Program-made: the position numbers and the translations under genes
NCBI GenBank assembly: GCA_035537255.1
Contig: DATLMN010000065.1
Location: 826-64,825 of the forward strand
DNA length: 64,000 nt
Source of the DNA: Pyrinomonadaceae bacterium
Lineage (GTDB): Bacteria; Acidobacteriota; Blastocatellia; Pyrinomonadales; Pyrinomonadaceae
Direction of reading: 5' to 3'
Part shown: positions 37,631-46,593 of the stretch, one piece after another
How the letters are laid out: every line of letters begins with the position of its first letter
Numbering within the stretch: the stretch's first letter is position 1
The notes under the pieces: model-generated
What the model was told of the DNA's origin: nothing
What the model saw: the letters and a program-made list of their open reading frames with translations, nothing else
Database searches by the model: none

Positions 37631-37746
37631 ATTCGAAGGTCTCCAACGGGGGAGCAGGAAGAGGCAGATCATGCGAGGCGACGGACGGTACTAATCTAAC
37701 GGACTATGACGCTCTTGCTAAACCTTATCACAGAATCATCTTGGCT

Positions 37747-37947
37747 GCTTCAGCAATCGAAGCAAGAGTGGTAGGTCAATTTGAATAATTGAATAAGCAT
37801 TGCACCAGAGACTCACCACAGAGACACAGAGGACACGTAGATGACACAGAGAGTCAGTATCACTCAAACCTCCGTGCTTCCTCTGTGCCTCTGTGGTGAA
37901 TGGCAGCTTTCATCACTCTCAATTTCAAATTGACCCACTACTGAAGC
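37747..37947. repeat. Nested inverted repeat, family H-like core inside an outer palindrome
   Basis: Core CACCACAGAGACACAGAGGACACG ... CGTGCTTCCTCTGTGCCTCTGTGGTG. Outer arms AGTGGTAGGTCAATTTGAA / TTCAAATTGACCCACTACT. Confidence 0.75.
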
Positions 37948-38112
37948 GAGAGCGGCAGCCGTCTAAATTTCGGTGGCGGACGCCGAAGTAATAGTCTAAG
38001 ATTCCGGCCAAGCGATTCCCCTGTTTCCCTCTTTGATGTCAGGCCCAAGGGTTTGCCGCTCCTGACGGCGAACCCGATTCGATAATCCGCGCAAGGGGAA
38101 GAATCTTAACTT

Positions 38113-39555
38113 ATGCTGAGACGAAAAAGCGCTGCCACGCTGCTCATATTTTTGTTGATCCTGACACAGCCTTCCTGCCGTAGTCTTTTGGGCGACAGAA
38201 GCGCCGAGAGCGGCAAGACTGCGAGCGGAAGACCCGCGCCGCATTTTAAGCCTGGCTTTAATCTTTTCACGCCGGAGCAGGACATGGAGCTTGGCCGCCG
38301 CTCTGCGCAGCAGATCGCGCAGCAGGTGCCGCTCCTGCGCGACGACAGAATCAACGGTTACATACAGCAGCTCGGCAAACGGCTCGCTGGAAAAGCTCCG
38401 GGCTTTCCCTTCACTTACCAGTTCGCCGTCATCGCTACCAAAGAGATCAACGCCTTCGCGCTTCCAGGCGGTTACATCTTCGTCAACGCGGGCACGCTCG
38501 CCGCCGCCAAAAACGAGGGCGAGCTGGCTGGCGTCATCGCGCACGAAATCTCTCACGTCGCGCTGCGTCATGGGACTAACCAGGCATCTAAAGCATACGT
38601 CGCGCAGCGCGGCATAGACATCCTGCGCACCATCGCCGGCGGCAGCCAGAGCGCAGACGAGATTATTCAGACCATCGGCGGAGCGGGCGCGAACATGGTC
38701 TTTCTCAAGTTCGGCCGCACGGCAGAGACGCAGGCAGACATAGAGGGCGCGCACATCATGGCCGACACAGGCTATGACCCGCGCGACATGGCAAATTTTT
38801 TTAAGACTCTTCAGGAAAAAAGTCGCGGCCAGAGAGTGCCGGAAATGTTGAGCGATCATCCGGACCCGGGCAATCGCATCGAAAGCATCAACAGGGAGAT
38901 GGCGAAGCTGCGCCTGAGCCAGAATCCCATACACAACTCGAACGAGTTTCAACAGGCGAAGGCTCTGCTGACGGGCGGAGGCGGCGACGGCGCACTCAAT
39001 TCGTCGAGCCAGCCGACGCGCACTGGCCCAAGCGATCCCGGCGACAACAAACCCGGCGCGAGACCTACAGCGCCCTCCGCTTCTTTGCGCGAGTTTCAAT
39101 CACCCGACGGCGCGTTCGCACTGCGCTATCCCGATAATTGGGATGTAGTGACAGCCGATAATGTGCAGATGATCTTTGCTCCGCCCGGCGCGTACGGACA
39201 AAAAGACGAAGCAGTCTTTGTCACGCACGGTCTCTTTGTCGGCGCGGTCGCGCCCCCTGCAAGCGATCTGGAAACAGCCAACCGGCAATTTATACAGCAG
39301 CAGATTGAGATGAATCCTGATTTTCGTGTGCTGCGCGCACCTGAGGCCATCAACTTCGGCGGGAGACGCGGCTACGCCACGGTCGTCGGCGGCCCATCGG
39401 CCATCACGGGCGTGATGGAGATCGACATTATCCACACGACGGCCACGTCGGACGGAAAATTGTTCTACCTGATCGCGATGGCTCCCGAAGACGAGTTCGA
39501 GACGTACAGGCAGACCTTCGAGCAGATTATCGCGAGCCTTCGACTGGCTGGATAA
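38113..39555 (+). CDS. Secreted M48-family zinc metallopeptidase with C-terminal extra domain
   Basis: Signal peptide. HEISHVALRHG (HExxH) and downstream ..EADIEGAHIMADTGYDP. Confidence 0.85.
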   Translation: MLRRKSAATLLIFLLILTQPSCRSLLGDRSAESGKTASGRPAPHFKPGFNLFTPEQDMELGRRSAQQIAQQVPLLRDDRINGYIQQLGKRLAGKAPGFPFTYQFAVIATKEINAFALPGGYIFVNAGTLAAAKNEGELAGVIAHEISHVALRHGTNQASKAYVAQRGIDILRTIAGGSQSADEIIQTIGGAGANMVFLKFGRTAETQADIEGAHIMADTGYDPRDMANFFKTLQEKSRGQRVPEMLSDHPDPGNRIESINREMAKLRLSQNPIHNSNEFQQAKALLTGGGGDGALNSSSQPTRTGPSDPGDNKPGARPTAPSASLREFQSPDGAFALRYPDNWDVVTADNVQMIFAPPGAYGQKDEAVFVTHGLFVGAVAPPASDLETANRQFIQQQIEMNPDFRVLRAPEAINFGGRRGYATVVGGPSAITGVMEIDIIHTTATSDGKLFYLIAMAPEDEFETYRQTFEQIIASLRLAG

Positions 39556-39584
39556 GAGCAGTATAATGAGAAACTGAGGAGGCT

Positions 39585-40145
39585 TTGATAAGCGCCACTA
39601 TGAATAAGCTAATTCTTTCAATCGTCTTTCTGCTTTTGTGTTACCCGGCGGTAATGGCTCAACCTGCTGATGTACAGAAAACTGACGCACCCATATCGTT
39701 GCGCTTTGAATATGAGGATAAATGCGGCAGCCCTCTAGTTGAAAGTATGATTTGGTCATTGGTTGAAGGCACAGTTATCAAGGTCGTTGACGGTGATACC
39801 ATCTTAATGCTGACGAAAGAGAATAAACGTCGGCGGATTGATTTAGCTGCTGTTGATGCATCTGCCGCAGATGATGCTGCGCGCCGGATGCTTAATGAGC
39901 TTGTGTTGAACCGAGCAGTCAATGTGCTCGTTAATCCGAGCAACGTCAAATCCAAAAAAGTTTCCGGCGTTGTTAAGACAGTAGGAGCAGATGTCAATCG
40001 TGCTTTGATACAGGCTGGCGCAGCCCGTTATAAAGAACCAGCGCCATACAGCATGTCAAACCATGCATCTTGCGTTTATAGAATAACGGAGAGTGAAGCG
40101 CGGGAAGCAAAGCGCGGTTTATGGCAGACAGTTGTTTCCCGTTAG
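39585..40145 (+). CDS. Secreted staphylococcal-nuclease-like (SNase/OB-fold) protein, catalytic residues apparently missing
   Basis: VEGTVIKVVDGDTILM...GLWQ layout of thermonuclease homologues. The RL.GID.PE motif is replaced by IDLAAVDASA. The start is uncertain (TTG 39585 or ATG 39600). Confidence 0.5.
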   Translation: MISATMNKLILSIVFLLLCYPAVMAQPADVQKTDAPISLRFEYEDKCGSPLVESMIWSLVEGTVIKVVDGDTILMLTKENKRRRIDLAAVDASAADDAARRMLNELVLNRAVNVLVNPSNVKSKKVSGVVKTVGADVNRALIQAGAARYKEPAPYSMSNHASCVYRITESEAREAKRGLWQTVVSR

Positions 40146-40212
40146 TCAGCTCGAACGAAGCGCGGTCAATCCTGAAAGACTTCAGTACCGGCGAGTGGCG
40201 TAATGGAAAAGA

Positions 40213-41535
40213 GTGATGAGGAGAAAACTCATTTCAGCTTCTATGGCCGGGTTCTGTCTAATGGTTTGTCTAAGCGACGGCGCTTTACTCTCCGCGCCTC
40301 TCACACGGCGGAGCGCGCAAACCCTTAAAGAGAAGGAAGCGACAAAGCGCGACGCCTTTAATAATCGGATCGCAGAACTGAGGGCGCTTTACGAAGCGCA
40401 TCAATGGTTCAAGCTGCGTGATGCTGTACAGGCAACAGATGCGCCTGTGTTTTATCGCGGCGCTGTCGCTGCTGCTTTTAACGACATCAAGCAGGCGGAG
40501 AAGAGTCTTCAGGCAGTCATCAACTCCGCGCCGCAAGCAGGGCTGGTATCCGAGGCGCGCGAATTATTGATCAATACTTACATGCGTGCGGGGCTTTACA
40601 GGCAGTCTCTCTCAGAGACCGAACAGGCGCGTGTGCTGAAGCCGAATGATAACGGCCTGAAAAACGCGCGCATACTCTTCTCCACTTTCAGCCAATACCC
40701 GGAGCAGACTGTTTCAGCACGCCGCTTCTCCGAACTCCGCTACGCCATGAAGGAGGGCAATCTCTTTATCCCTGTGAAGGTCAACGGCAAGCAGGCCAGT
40801 TACATTGTTGACACGGGCGCAAACTTCTCACTGATCAGCGAGACGGAAGCCAAACGCCTGGGGCTTAACATCAGTGAGCGAAGCGGAGCCAGGATAGGCG
40901 ATTCGTCAGGCCTTGACTTAGATTTTCGCGTGGCCGTTGCAGACCGCCTGACAGTGGGTCGCATGCGGCTCAGACACGTCCCCTTTTTTGTGATGCGCGA
41001 CGATCAGCAGCCGTTTGTAGACCTTCCTGCGGGCGAGCGCGGAATCATCGGCCTGCCTGTGCTGCTGGCTTTCCAGACCGTGCGCTGGAATCGTGAAGGC
41101 AAGTTCGAGATCGGCTTTGCGCCGCGCGCGACGCCCACACGCAAATCCAATCTGTGCTTTGAAGGTCTACAGCCCATCGTCGAAGCGGAGTTCCGGCAGA
41201 GCAAGATCAATATATTTCTGGACACCGGCGCGACACACACGCGCGCTCTGCCTCTGTTTGCCAGAGAGTTCGCCGCCTTTGTTAACGAAGCCGGAAAGAA
41301 AGGCTCGCAGCGCGTGACTGGCGTCGGCGGTAGTGTGGATGTCGAGACCATACGGCTGCCCGAATTGAGGCTTCGCATCAACGGCTCAGAGGTCGCGTTG
41401 AGTCCCGCCGAAGTGCTTTTGAGGGAGACTGCTTCCGGCCTTAGCTGGTCTCACGTCTGGGCGGGTATGGACCTGCTCAATCAGGCGCGCGTAGTGACGC
41501 TCGATTTCAAGTCGATGACGCTTACCCTTGAGTAA
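40213..41535 (+). CDS. Secreted protein with two retropepsin-like aspartic protease domains
   Basis: Signal peptide and a helical N-domain. Two DTG motifs (YIVDTGANFSLIS and IFLDTGATHTRAL) about 130 aa apart. Confidence 0.7.
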   Translation: MMRRKLISASMAGFCLMVCLSDGALLSAPLTRRSAQTLKEKEATKRDAFNNRIAELRALYEAHQWFKLRDAVQATDAPVFYRGAVAAAFNDIKQAEKSLQAVINSAPQAGLVSEARELLINTYMRAGLYRQSLSETEQARVLKPNDNGLKNARILFSTFSQYPEQTVSARRFSELRYAMKEGNLFIPVKVNGKQASYIVDTGANFSLISETEAKRLGLNISERSGARIGDSSGLDLDFRVAVADRLTVGRMRLRHVPFFVMRDDQQPFVDLPAGERGIIGLPVLLAFQTVRWNREGKFEIGFAPRATPTRKSNLCFEGLQPIVEAEFRQSKINIFLDTGATHTRALPLFAREFAAFVNEAGKKGSQRVTGVGGSVDVETIRLPELRLRINGSEVALSPAEVLLRETASGLSWSHVWAGMDLLNQARVVTLDFKSMTLTLE

Positions 41536-41802
41536 ATCAACTAGAGACGCGCGCCTGACAACTCATTCAACCCCGACGCCTCTCTTAGCAAAGCTTTCAT
41601 CATCTCCCTCTACTGTCTGCAAGAATGTTTTTTGCGCGGCGCGCGTTGCTTCAGGCGACACGTTACCACCGTCATTTAATTAGACAAGCGTCAGAAAAAT
41701 ATTGCACCTCCAAGACTGCTTACTGATGAAACTCTCCATCCTTGGCGCAGTGATAATACCGGTATGGCTGTTGCTCCTCTGCTTGCCTGAGGAGGAATTT
41801 AT

Positions 41803-42744
41803 ATGAAAAGCGTGGCGCGTCTGAGATTATTATTCACCGTCGTTGCTGCTGTGCTGTTGTTGTCTGCTCTCACGCTGGCAATCCCGCAGCAGGATTCTAC
41901 AAGAACGGATTGGACGCCGCCCTCTTCACGCAAAGCGAAGACGCCTTTTGCTCCCAAGCCATTCGGCGGAGACAATATCTTCCGGGGCGAAGCCGAAGTT
42001 TGGCTGGCGGATGCCATCGAAAAACTGGAAGGCGGGATTTTTACACCCGTCGATGACAGGGCTGTCCCTGACTATGTCTCGCAAGTTGGCAACTATCTTG
42101 TTTCGCACTCGGTCGCTCCGACAAAGCAATACAAGTTCATCGTCACTACGGATTGGATGCCGGATGCCATGACGGCCGGAGGCGGACGCATTTATATCAG
42201 TCGTGGAATGCTCGAACTGCTCGAAAGCGAAGACGAACTAGCGGGCGTGCTGGCACACGAGATTGCTCACGACGCGTTCAGTCATGCCGCCAGGACTGTC
42301 ACGCGACAAATGTTCTGGATGACCGGAACGAGAAAAGTAAAAACGCCCGCTGAGGTCGAGGCTGCTCTGGAGAAATTATGGACTGAATATCAGAAGAAAC
42401 CGATAACAGCGATTGGCGAGAAGTTGTTAGGGTTCGCTCGGTTTGACGAGTTGGAAGCTGATCGCGCCGCTTTCTACAACCTTTATAAAGCTGGCTATAA
42501 CCCTTACGCCCTTGTCACTGTCTTAAAGCGAATGGCGCGGGAAGACAAGCAGGAGATGGGTCAGAATCAATACTACTTGTATCAATTTCTGGTTCTTCTC
42601 TTCGGCAATCACCCGCCTTCCGCCCAACGCTCGATGGCTATTTCGTGGGAATCGAACTTTCTCAAAATGCCAGACCGTGATTCTCGTCATAAAAGCGCAG
42701 CCTTTGATGCTATGAAGTTAAGAATTAAGAGTCTGCCGAAATAA
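41803..42744 (+). CDS. Secreted M48-family zinc metallopeptidase
   Basis: SD GAGGAGG, a signal peptide, and HEIAHDAFSH (HExxH) with downstream ..FDELEADRAAF. Confidence 0.8.
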   Translation: MKSVARLRLLFTVVAAVLLLSALTLAIPQQDSTRTDWTPPSSRKAKTPFAPKPFGGDNIFRGEAEVWLADAIEKLEGGIFTPVDDRAVPDYVSQVGNYLVSHSVAPTKQYKFIVTTDWMPDAMTAGGGRIYISRGMLELLESEDELAGVLAHEIAHDAFSHAARTVTRQMFWMTGTRKVKTPAEVEAALEKLWTEYQKKPITAIGEKLLGFARFDELEADRAAFYNLYKAGYNPYALVTVLKRMAREDKQEMGQNQYYLYQFLVLLFGNHPPSAQRSMAISWESNFLKMPDRDSRHKSAAFDAMKLRIKSLPK

Positions 42745-42943
42745 ATTTGCATCTTCTGTGTCAAGGCAGAGCCCGGATGCTCGAACAAAGCGCCACCGCT
42801 CAAAGCTTGCCTTCCATGCACGGTTCTCAGATTTCATCCGGCTTGTCGCTTTCGTCTGGCGGCGGGTTGCCTCTGTCATCCGGCGCTGGCATTTTGAGCC
42901 TCACGCGGATAATCTTATCTCCTACAATCGATTGTTCGGGTGA

Positions 42944-44320
42944 ATGCTTATGAAAAGAATCTTCATTGTGGCAGCGCTCTGCTGCTTTTTCCTGATTCCT
43001 TCAAAGGGCTACGCGTGTAGCTGCGCGACGGGTGATCCGGCTTCCGAATTTAATGACGCGAAGGCGATCTTCATCGGACAAATGCTCGGCGGGAATGAAA
43101 AGTTGTCCGTGAAAGACAGCAAAGGCAAATCCCATTCTATCGAAGCCGGGGACGTGCGTTTTATGGTGGAAGAAATCTTCAAGGGAGACGTGGCGGGCGA
43201 GACCACAATTCAGGTTGCCAGTCATAATGGTACGAGCTGTGGCCCTTATGGGCTCAAGCGTGGCGAGCGATACCTTGTTTACGTGTACAGCAGTGAGGAG
43301 GATGAAAAGATTCTTTACACGGGCGTTTGCACACGAACGGTGGCAGTTAGCAGCAACTATGCCAAAGAGGATTTGGATTTCCTGCGCAATCTTCCGGCAG
43401 CCGGAACAGGCGGTAATCTACAGGGAAGTATCTGGGCCGATCTGCGCGAAGGCGGAGCGACTCCGCTCCCGAACGTCAAAGTCAATATCCGCAACGCTGA
43501 CAATCAAGTCATAACGGTGAGCACCGACAAGGACGGCAAATTTGAGTTGAAGAAATTGAAGGCGGGCAAGTACAGAGTCGAACCAGAGTTCCCGGCAAAC
43601 TATACGAGTGAAAATGAATTTGCCGAAGTCAAAGTTGATGATCGAGGGACGGCCAGCGTAGGCTTTGAAGCCTACATCAACGGCAGAGTCTCAGGGCGCA
43701 TTATTGATCGCGAGGGCCAGGGCTTCAATTCAATATTTCTTCATCTGGTCGGAGGGGATAAATCTGTTTACGGACATTCTACCGGCGAGGGCGGAGGTTT
43801 CGAGGCGCAGGGTATTCCTCCGGGAGAATACGTCCTGTACCTTGAAATGCATCACGCCGATTACCAAAAGAACAGAAACTTCTATTACCCCGGAACTTTT
43901 CAGCGTGAAGAGGCGACGGTCATCAAAGTCGGCTTAGGGGAGAAGGTTGAAGGGATAGAGTTTCTTCTGCCCGACGAATTTAAGGTTCGCACCGTTGAAG
44001 GTCAGGTCGTGTGGGAAGACGGTCAGCCCGCCGCCGATGTGGAAGTAATATTGCTCTGCCCGGCCAGCGTCAAGCCGAATGGCTTTGTCGTTGAATTTAC
44101 CCCGAACCAGACACAAACCGATAAGCAGGGACGATTTCGGATTGAAGGCTTGACAGGCGAATCCTACTGGATTGAAGCACGCGGATCAAAAGCTGATGGC
44201 AAAAAGGACGAATTAATTGAAGCACATTCGCCGTCAAGAAAAATTATCTTGAGTGAAAATCTGAAAAACATCAGCCTCGTGTTGTCTGAGAGAGGGTTAG
44301 CGGGTGGCTGCGAAAAGTAG
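42944..44320 (+). CDS. Secreted protein: TIMP/NTR-like N-terminal module followed by three CarboxypepD_reg-like (transthyretin-like) domains
   Basis: The signal peptide ends ..SKGYA|CSC, so the mature protein starts Cys-Ser-Cys. Cys are at mature positions 1, 3, 75 and 105. Three repeats follow of the type G.V.D..G.P...V.V......T.TD..G.F....L..G.Y. Confidence 0.6.
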   Translation: MLMKRIFIVAALCCFFLIPSKGYACSCATGDPASEFNDAKAIFIGQMLGGNEKLSVKDSKGKSHSIEAGDVRFMVEEIFKGDVAGETTIQVASHNGTSCGPYGLKRGERYLVYVYSSEEDEKILYTGVCTRTVAVSSNYAKEDLDFLRNLPAAGTGGNLQGSIWADLREGGATPLPNVKVNIRNADNQVITVSTDKDGKFELKKLKAGKYRVEPEFPANYTSENEFAEVKVDDRGTASVGFEAYINGRVSGRIIDREGQGFNSIFLHLVGGDKSVYGHSTGEGGGFEAQGIPPGEYVLYLEMHHADYQKNRNFYYPGTFQREEATVIKVGLGEKVEGIEFLLPDEFKVRTVEGQVVWEDGQPAADVEVILLCPASVKPNGFVVEFTPNQTQTDKQGRFRIEGLTGESYWIEARGSKADGKKDELIEAHSPSRKIILSENLKNISLVLSERGLAGGCEK

Positions 44321-44362
44321 TTTTTCCAAAATCGTTGCTCGATTTATCAACCGGCTTTTCCA

Positions 44363-45685
44363 TCAAGAGTTTTGAGCTGTTGTGATGGCGACCGCTTGCT
44401 CTTTTTCCGTTTGCTCCGCCGTTGGCCCAAAGGGAAGCTCAATCGCGAAGGTCGAGCCCTCGCCCGGCTTTGAATCGACGCTGACTTCGCCGCCGTGCGC
44501 GCGCGCCAGATGCTTGACGATAGCGAGGCCAAGGCCCGTCCCACCCACATCGCGAGAGCGCGAGTGGTCAACCCTGTAGAAGCGCTCGAAGATGCGCGTC
44601 AGTTGCTCCGAACGAATGCCGTCGCCCGTGTCGCGCACAGTGATGCGGTCACGCTCGGCCTTCTGCTCATGCCTGATCGTGACCGTCCCACCCTCGCGAT
44701 TAAATTTGATCGCGTTATCGATCAGGTTGGTCAGCATCTGTTCCAGACGACGAGGGTCTGCGTAGACGCTCACTTCTGTTGGGACTTCATTGTTGATCGA
44801 GACGTGCGCGGCTTCGGCACGCGCGGCGAGTGCAGTCCTCACGTCTTCCACCAGCGGGCGCAAGCTAACAGGTTTGGGATGAACCGGAGATGTTCCGGCC
44901 TCTATGGCAGATAGTTCCAGAATGTCTTCGATGAGGCTGCGCATGCGCTCTGCGTTGCGGCGAATTACACTGAGGAAGCGCTGGTTATTTTCCGTGTCGT
45001 TGATCGCTCCGTCTTCTAGAGTCTCGACGAAGGCTAGGATCGCCGCGAGCGGCGTGCGCAGCTCGTGCGAGACGTTGGAGAGAAATTCCTGGCGCACGCG
45101 CTCCAATCTTTCGAGCCGCGTGATGTCGAAGAAGACGCCGACAGCCCCGCGCGTCTTTATATCATCGCTTAAGTGCAAAGGAATGACGCGCAGGCTGAAG
45201 ATTCTGCGATCTTCTGCCGCAAGCATCTCGACTCTGGCGTTGGCCTGCGTGTTCTGCTTCAGCGCCTCGGAAAATGCCGCATGGATGGACGGGTTGCGCG
45301 TCAGCTCAGACAAGGCTCTGTCTTCGAGCGGGCCTTCGACGTGGCTGAAAATCTCAAGCGCCGCGCGATTCGAGGCGACCACGAGCATCGCTTGATCGAC
45401 GACGACCATGCCTTCGCGCATGTTCTTCATCGTCGCTTCGAGCAGACGCGATGCGCGCTCGGCATCATCGACGGCGCTCCGGCCCTGCTCAAATACGCTC
45501 GAAGCCGCAACCCTTGAGCGACTCTTCTCATCCTGATTGCGAAAGAGCAGACGCCCGAAGGCGATGCCCGCGAGAATGGCGCAAAGCAGCGCCAGCCCCG
45601 TGCGCAGATTCAGGGGATGCGTCACCAGCAGCGCCGCGACACCCGCACCGCAAACAAAAAGCGCAAACCACAGACGAAGAGACAT
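44363..45685 (-). CDS. phoR: Phosphate-regulon sensor histidine kinase
   Basis: TM region, PAS-like segment, H-box SHELRTPLAAI and the HATPase motif GGTGLGLAIVKHL. Adjacent to phoB, phoU and pstSCAB. Confidence 0.8.
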   Translation of the reverse strand: MSLRLWFALFVCGAGVAALLVTHPLNLRTGLALLCAILAGIAFGRLLFRNQDEKSRSRVAASSVFEQGRSAVDDAERASRLLEATMKNMREGMVVVDQAMLVVASNRAALEIFSHVEGPLEDRALSELTRNPSIHAAFSEALKQNTQANARVEMLAAEDRRIFSLRVIPLHLSDDIKTRGAVGVFFDITRLERLERVRQEFLSNVSHELRTPLAAILAFVETLEDGAINDTENNQRFLSVIRRNAERMRSLIEDILELSAIEAGTSPVHPKPVSLRPLVEDVRTALAARAEAAHVSINNEVPTEVSVYADPRRLEQMLTNLIDNAIKFNREGGTVTIRHEQKAERDRITVRDTGDGIRSEQLTRIFERFYRVDHSRSRDVGGTGLGLAIVKHLARAHGGEVSVDSKPGEGSTFAIELPFGPTAEQTEKEQAVAITTAQNS

Positions 45686-45797
45686 AAAAATAAGGGATGA
45701 AGGATGAGGGATGAGGGATGAAGTAAAGACGGACTGAATGATTCAACACTTGGTCGGTTCAATCATTCATCCCTCACGCTGCCGCCCTCATCCCTTC
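45686..45797. repeat. Heptamer-arm inverted repeat, family C copy 2
   Basis: GGGATGA AGGATGA GGGATGA GGGATGA ... TTCATCCCTCACGCTGCCGCCCTCATCCC, with inner palindrome GAATGATT/AATCATTC. Lies between phoB and phoR. Confidence 0.9.
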
Positions 45798-46482
45798 TAT
45801 TGGCGCATCCGACAAAGCGATAGCCAACGCCGATGACTGTTTCCAGGCACGAGCCGCAGTCGCCAAGCTTTTGTCTAAGGCGACGAATATGTACGTCCAG
45901 AGTGCGCGTGTCGCCGTAATACTGGTGTCCCCAGACATCGTCCAGGAGTCGCTGGCGCGTCGCGACGCGACCGGCGCTCTTTGCCAGCATGGAGAGCAGC
46001 GCAAACTCCTTGCGTGTGAGCTTGACGCTCTCGCCGTCGCAAGTGACCTGCATATCTGCGAAATCAATCTGTAGACGACTGTCCTCGTAACGCGCGCTCT
46101 GATTATCGTCTGTGCGGCGCAACACTGCGCGAACGCGCGCCATCAGCTCGCGCACGGAGAAAGGCTTCGCAATGTAGTCGTCAGCGCCAAGATCAAGCCC
46201 GGCTACACGATCAGCCTCAGAGACGCGCGCCGTCAACATAATAATCGGGGTGCGTCGCGTCGCGGGCTCGCGCCTGAGGCGGCGGCACAACTCCATGCCG
46301 CTCATTCCCGGCAGCATCAAATCCAGAATCACGAGCGCCGGTGGACTCTTGACATCGAGCGCCGCCGCCAGGCCCTTTTCGCCCGTCTCGGCAATTCGCA
46401 CCTCAAGCCCGTCGCGCTCTAGATTGTAGCGCAGGCTCTCCGCAATATCCGCGTCATCTTCGACGATCAGTATAGGTCGCAT
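45763..46482 (-). CDS. phoB: OmpR-family response regulator (PhoB-like)
   Basis: Receiver domain ILIVEDD..DLMLPG..; winged-helix C-terminus ..IGVGYRF. The last ~11 codons and the stop are encoded by repeat C2. Confidence 0.8.
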   Translation of the reverse strand: MRPILIVEDDADIAESLRYNLERDGLEVRIAETGEKGLAAALDVKSPPALVILDLMLPGMSGMELCRRLRREPATRRTPIIMLTARVSEADRVAGLDLGADDYIAKPFSVRELMARVRAVLRRTDDNQSARYEDSRLQIDFADMQVTCDGESVKLTRKEFALLSMLAKSAGRVATRQRLLDDVWGHQYYGDTRTLDVHIRRLRQKLGDCGSCLETVIGVGYRFVGCANRRDEGGSVRDE

Positions 46483-46593
46483 AAAAGCAGGGATGAGGGC
46501 GGAGGGATGAGGGATGAAAGGGGTTGAGCGAATGATTCATTTGTAATGTGATTCAGCGGTTCATCCCTCATCCTTCATCCCTCATCCCTTCGT
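46483..46593. repeat. Heptamer-arm inverted repeat, family C copy 3
   Basis: GGGATGA GGGCGGA GGGATGA GGGATGA ... TCATCCC TCATCCT TCATCCC TCATCCC. Lies between phoU and phoB. Confidence 0.9.

Noticed and set aside
37996-39099. Long antisense ORFs overlapping well-supported genes. Examples: 37996..39099(-), 13048..14040(-), 16273..17124(+), 51526..52467(+), 22704..23405(+), 63385..63990(-), 62809..63339(-), 44495..45517(+).
   Set aside because: Each overlaps, on the opposite strand, a CDS with clear family motifs. Their translations are Arg/Ala/Gly-rich low-complexity with no motifs. These are typical shadow ORFs of GC-rich DNA.
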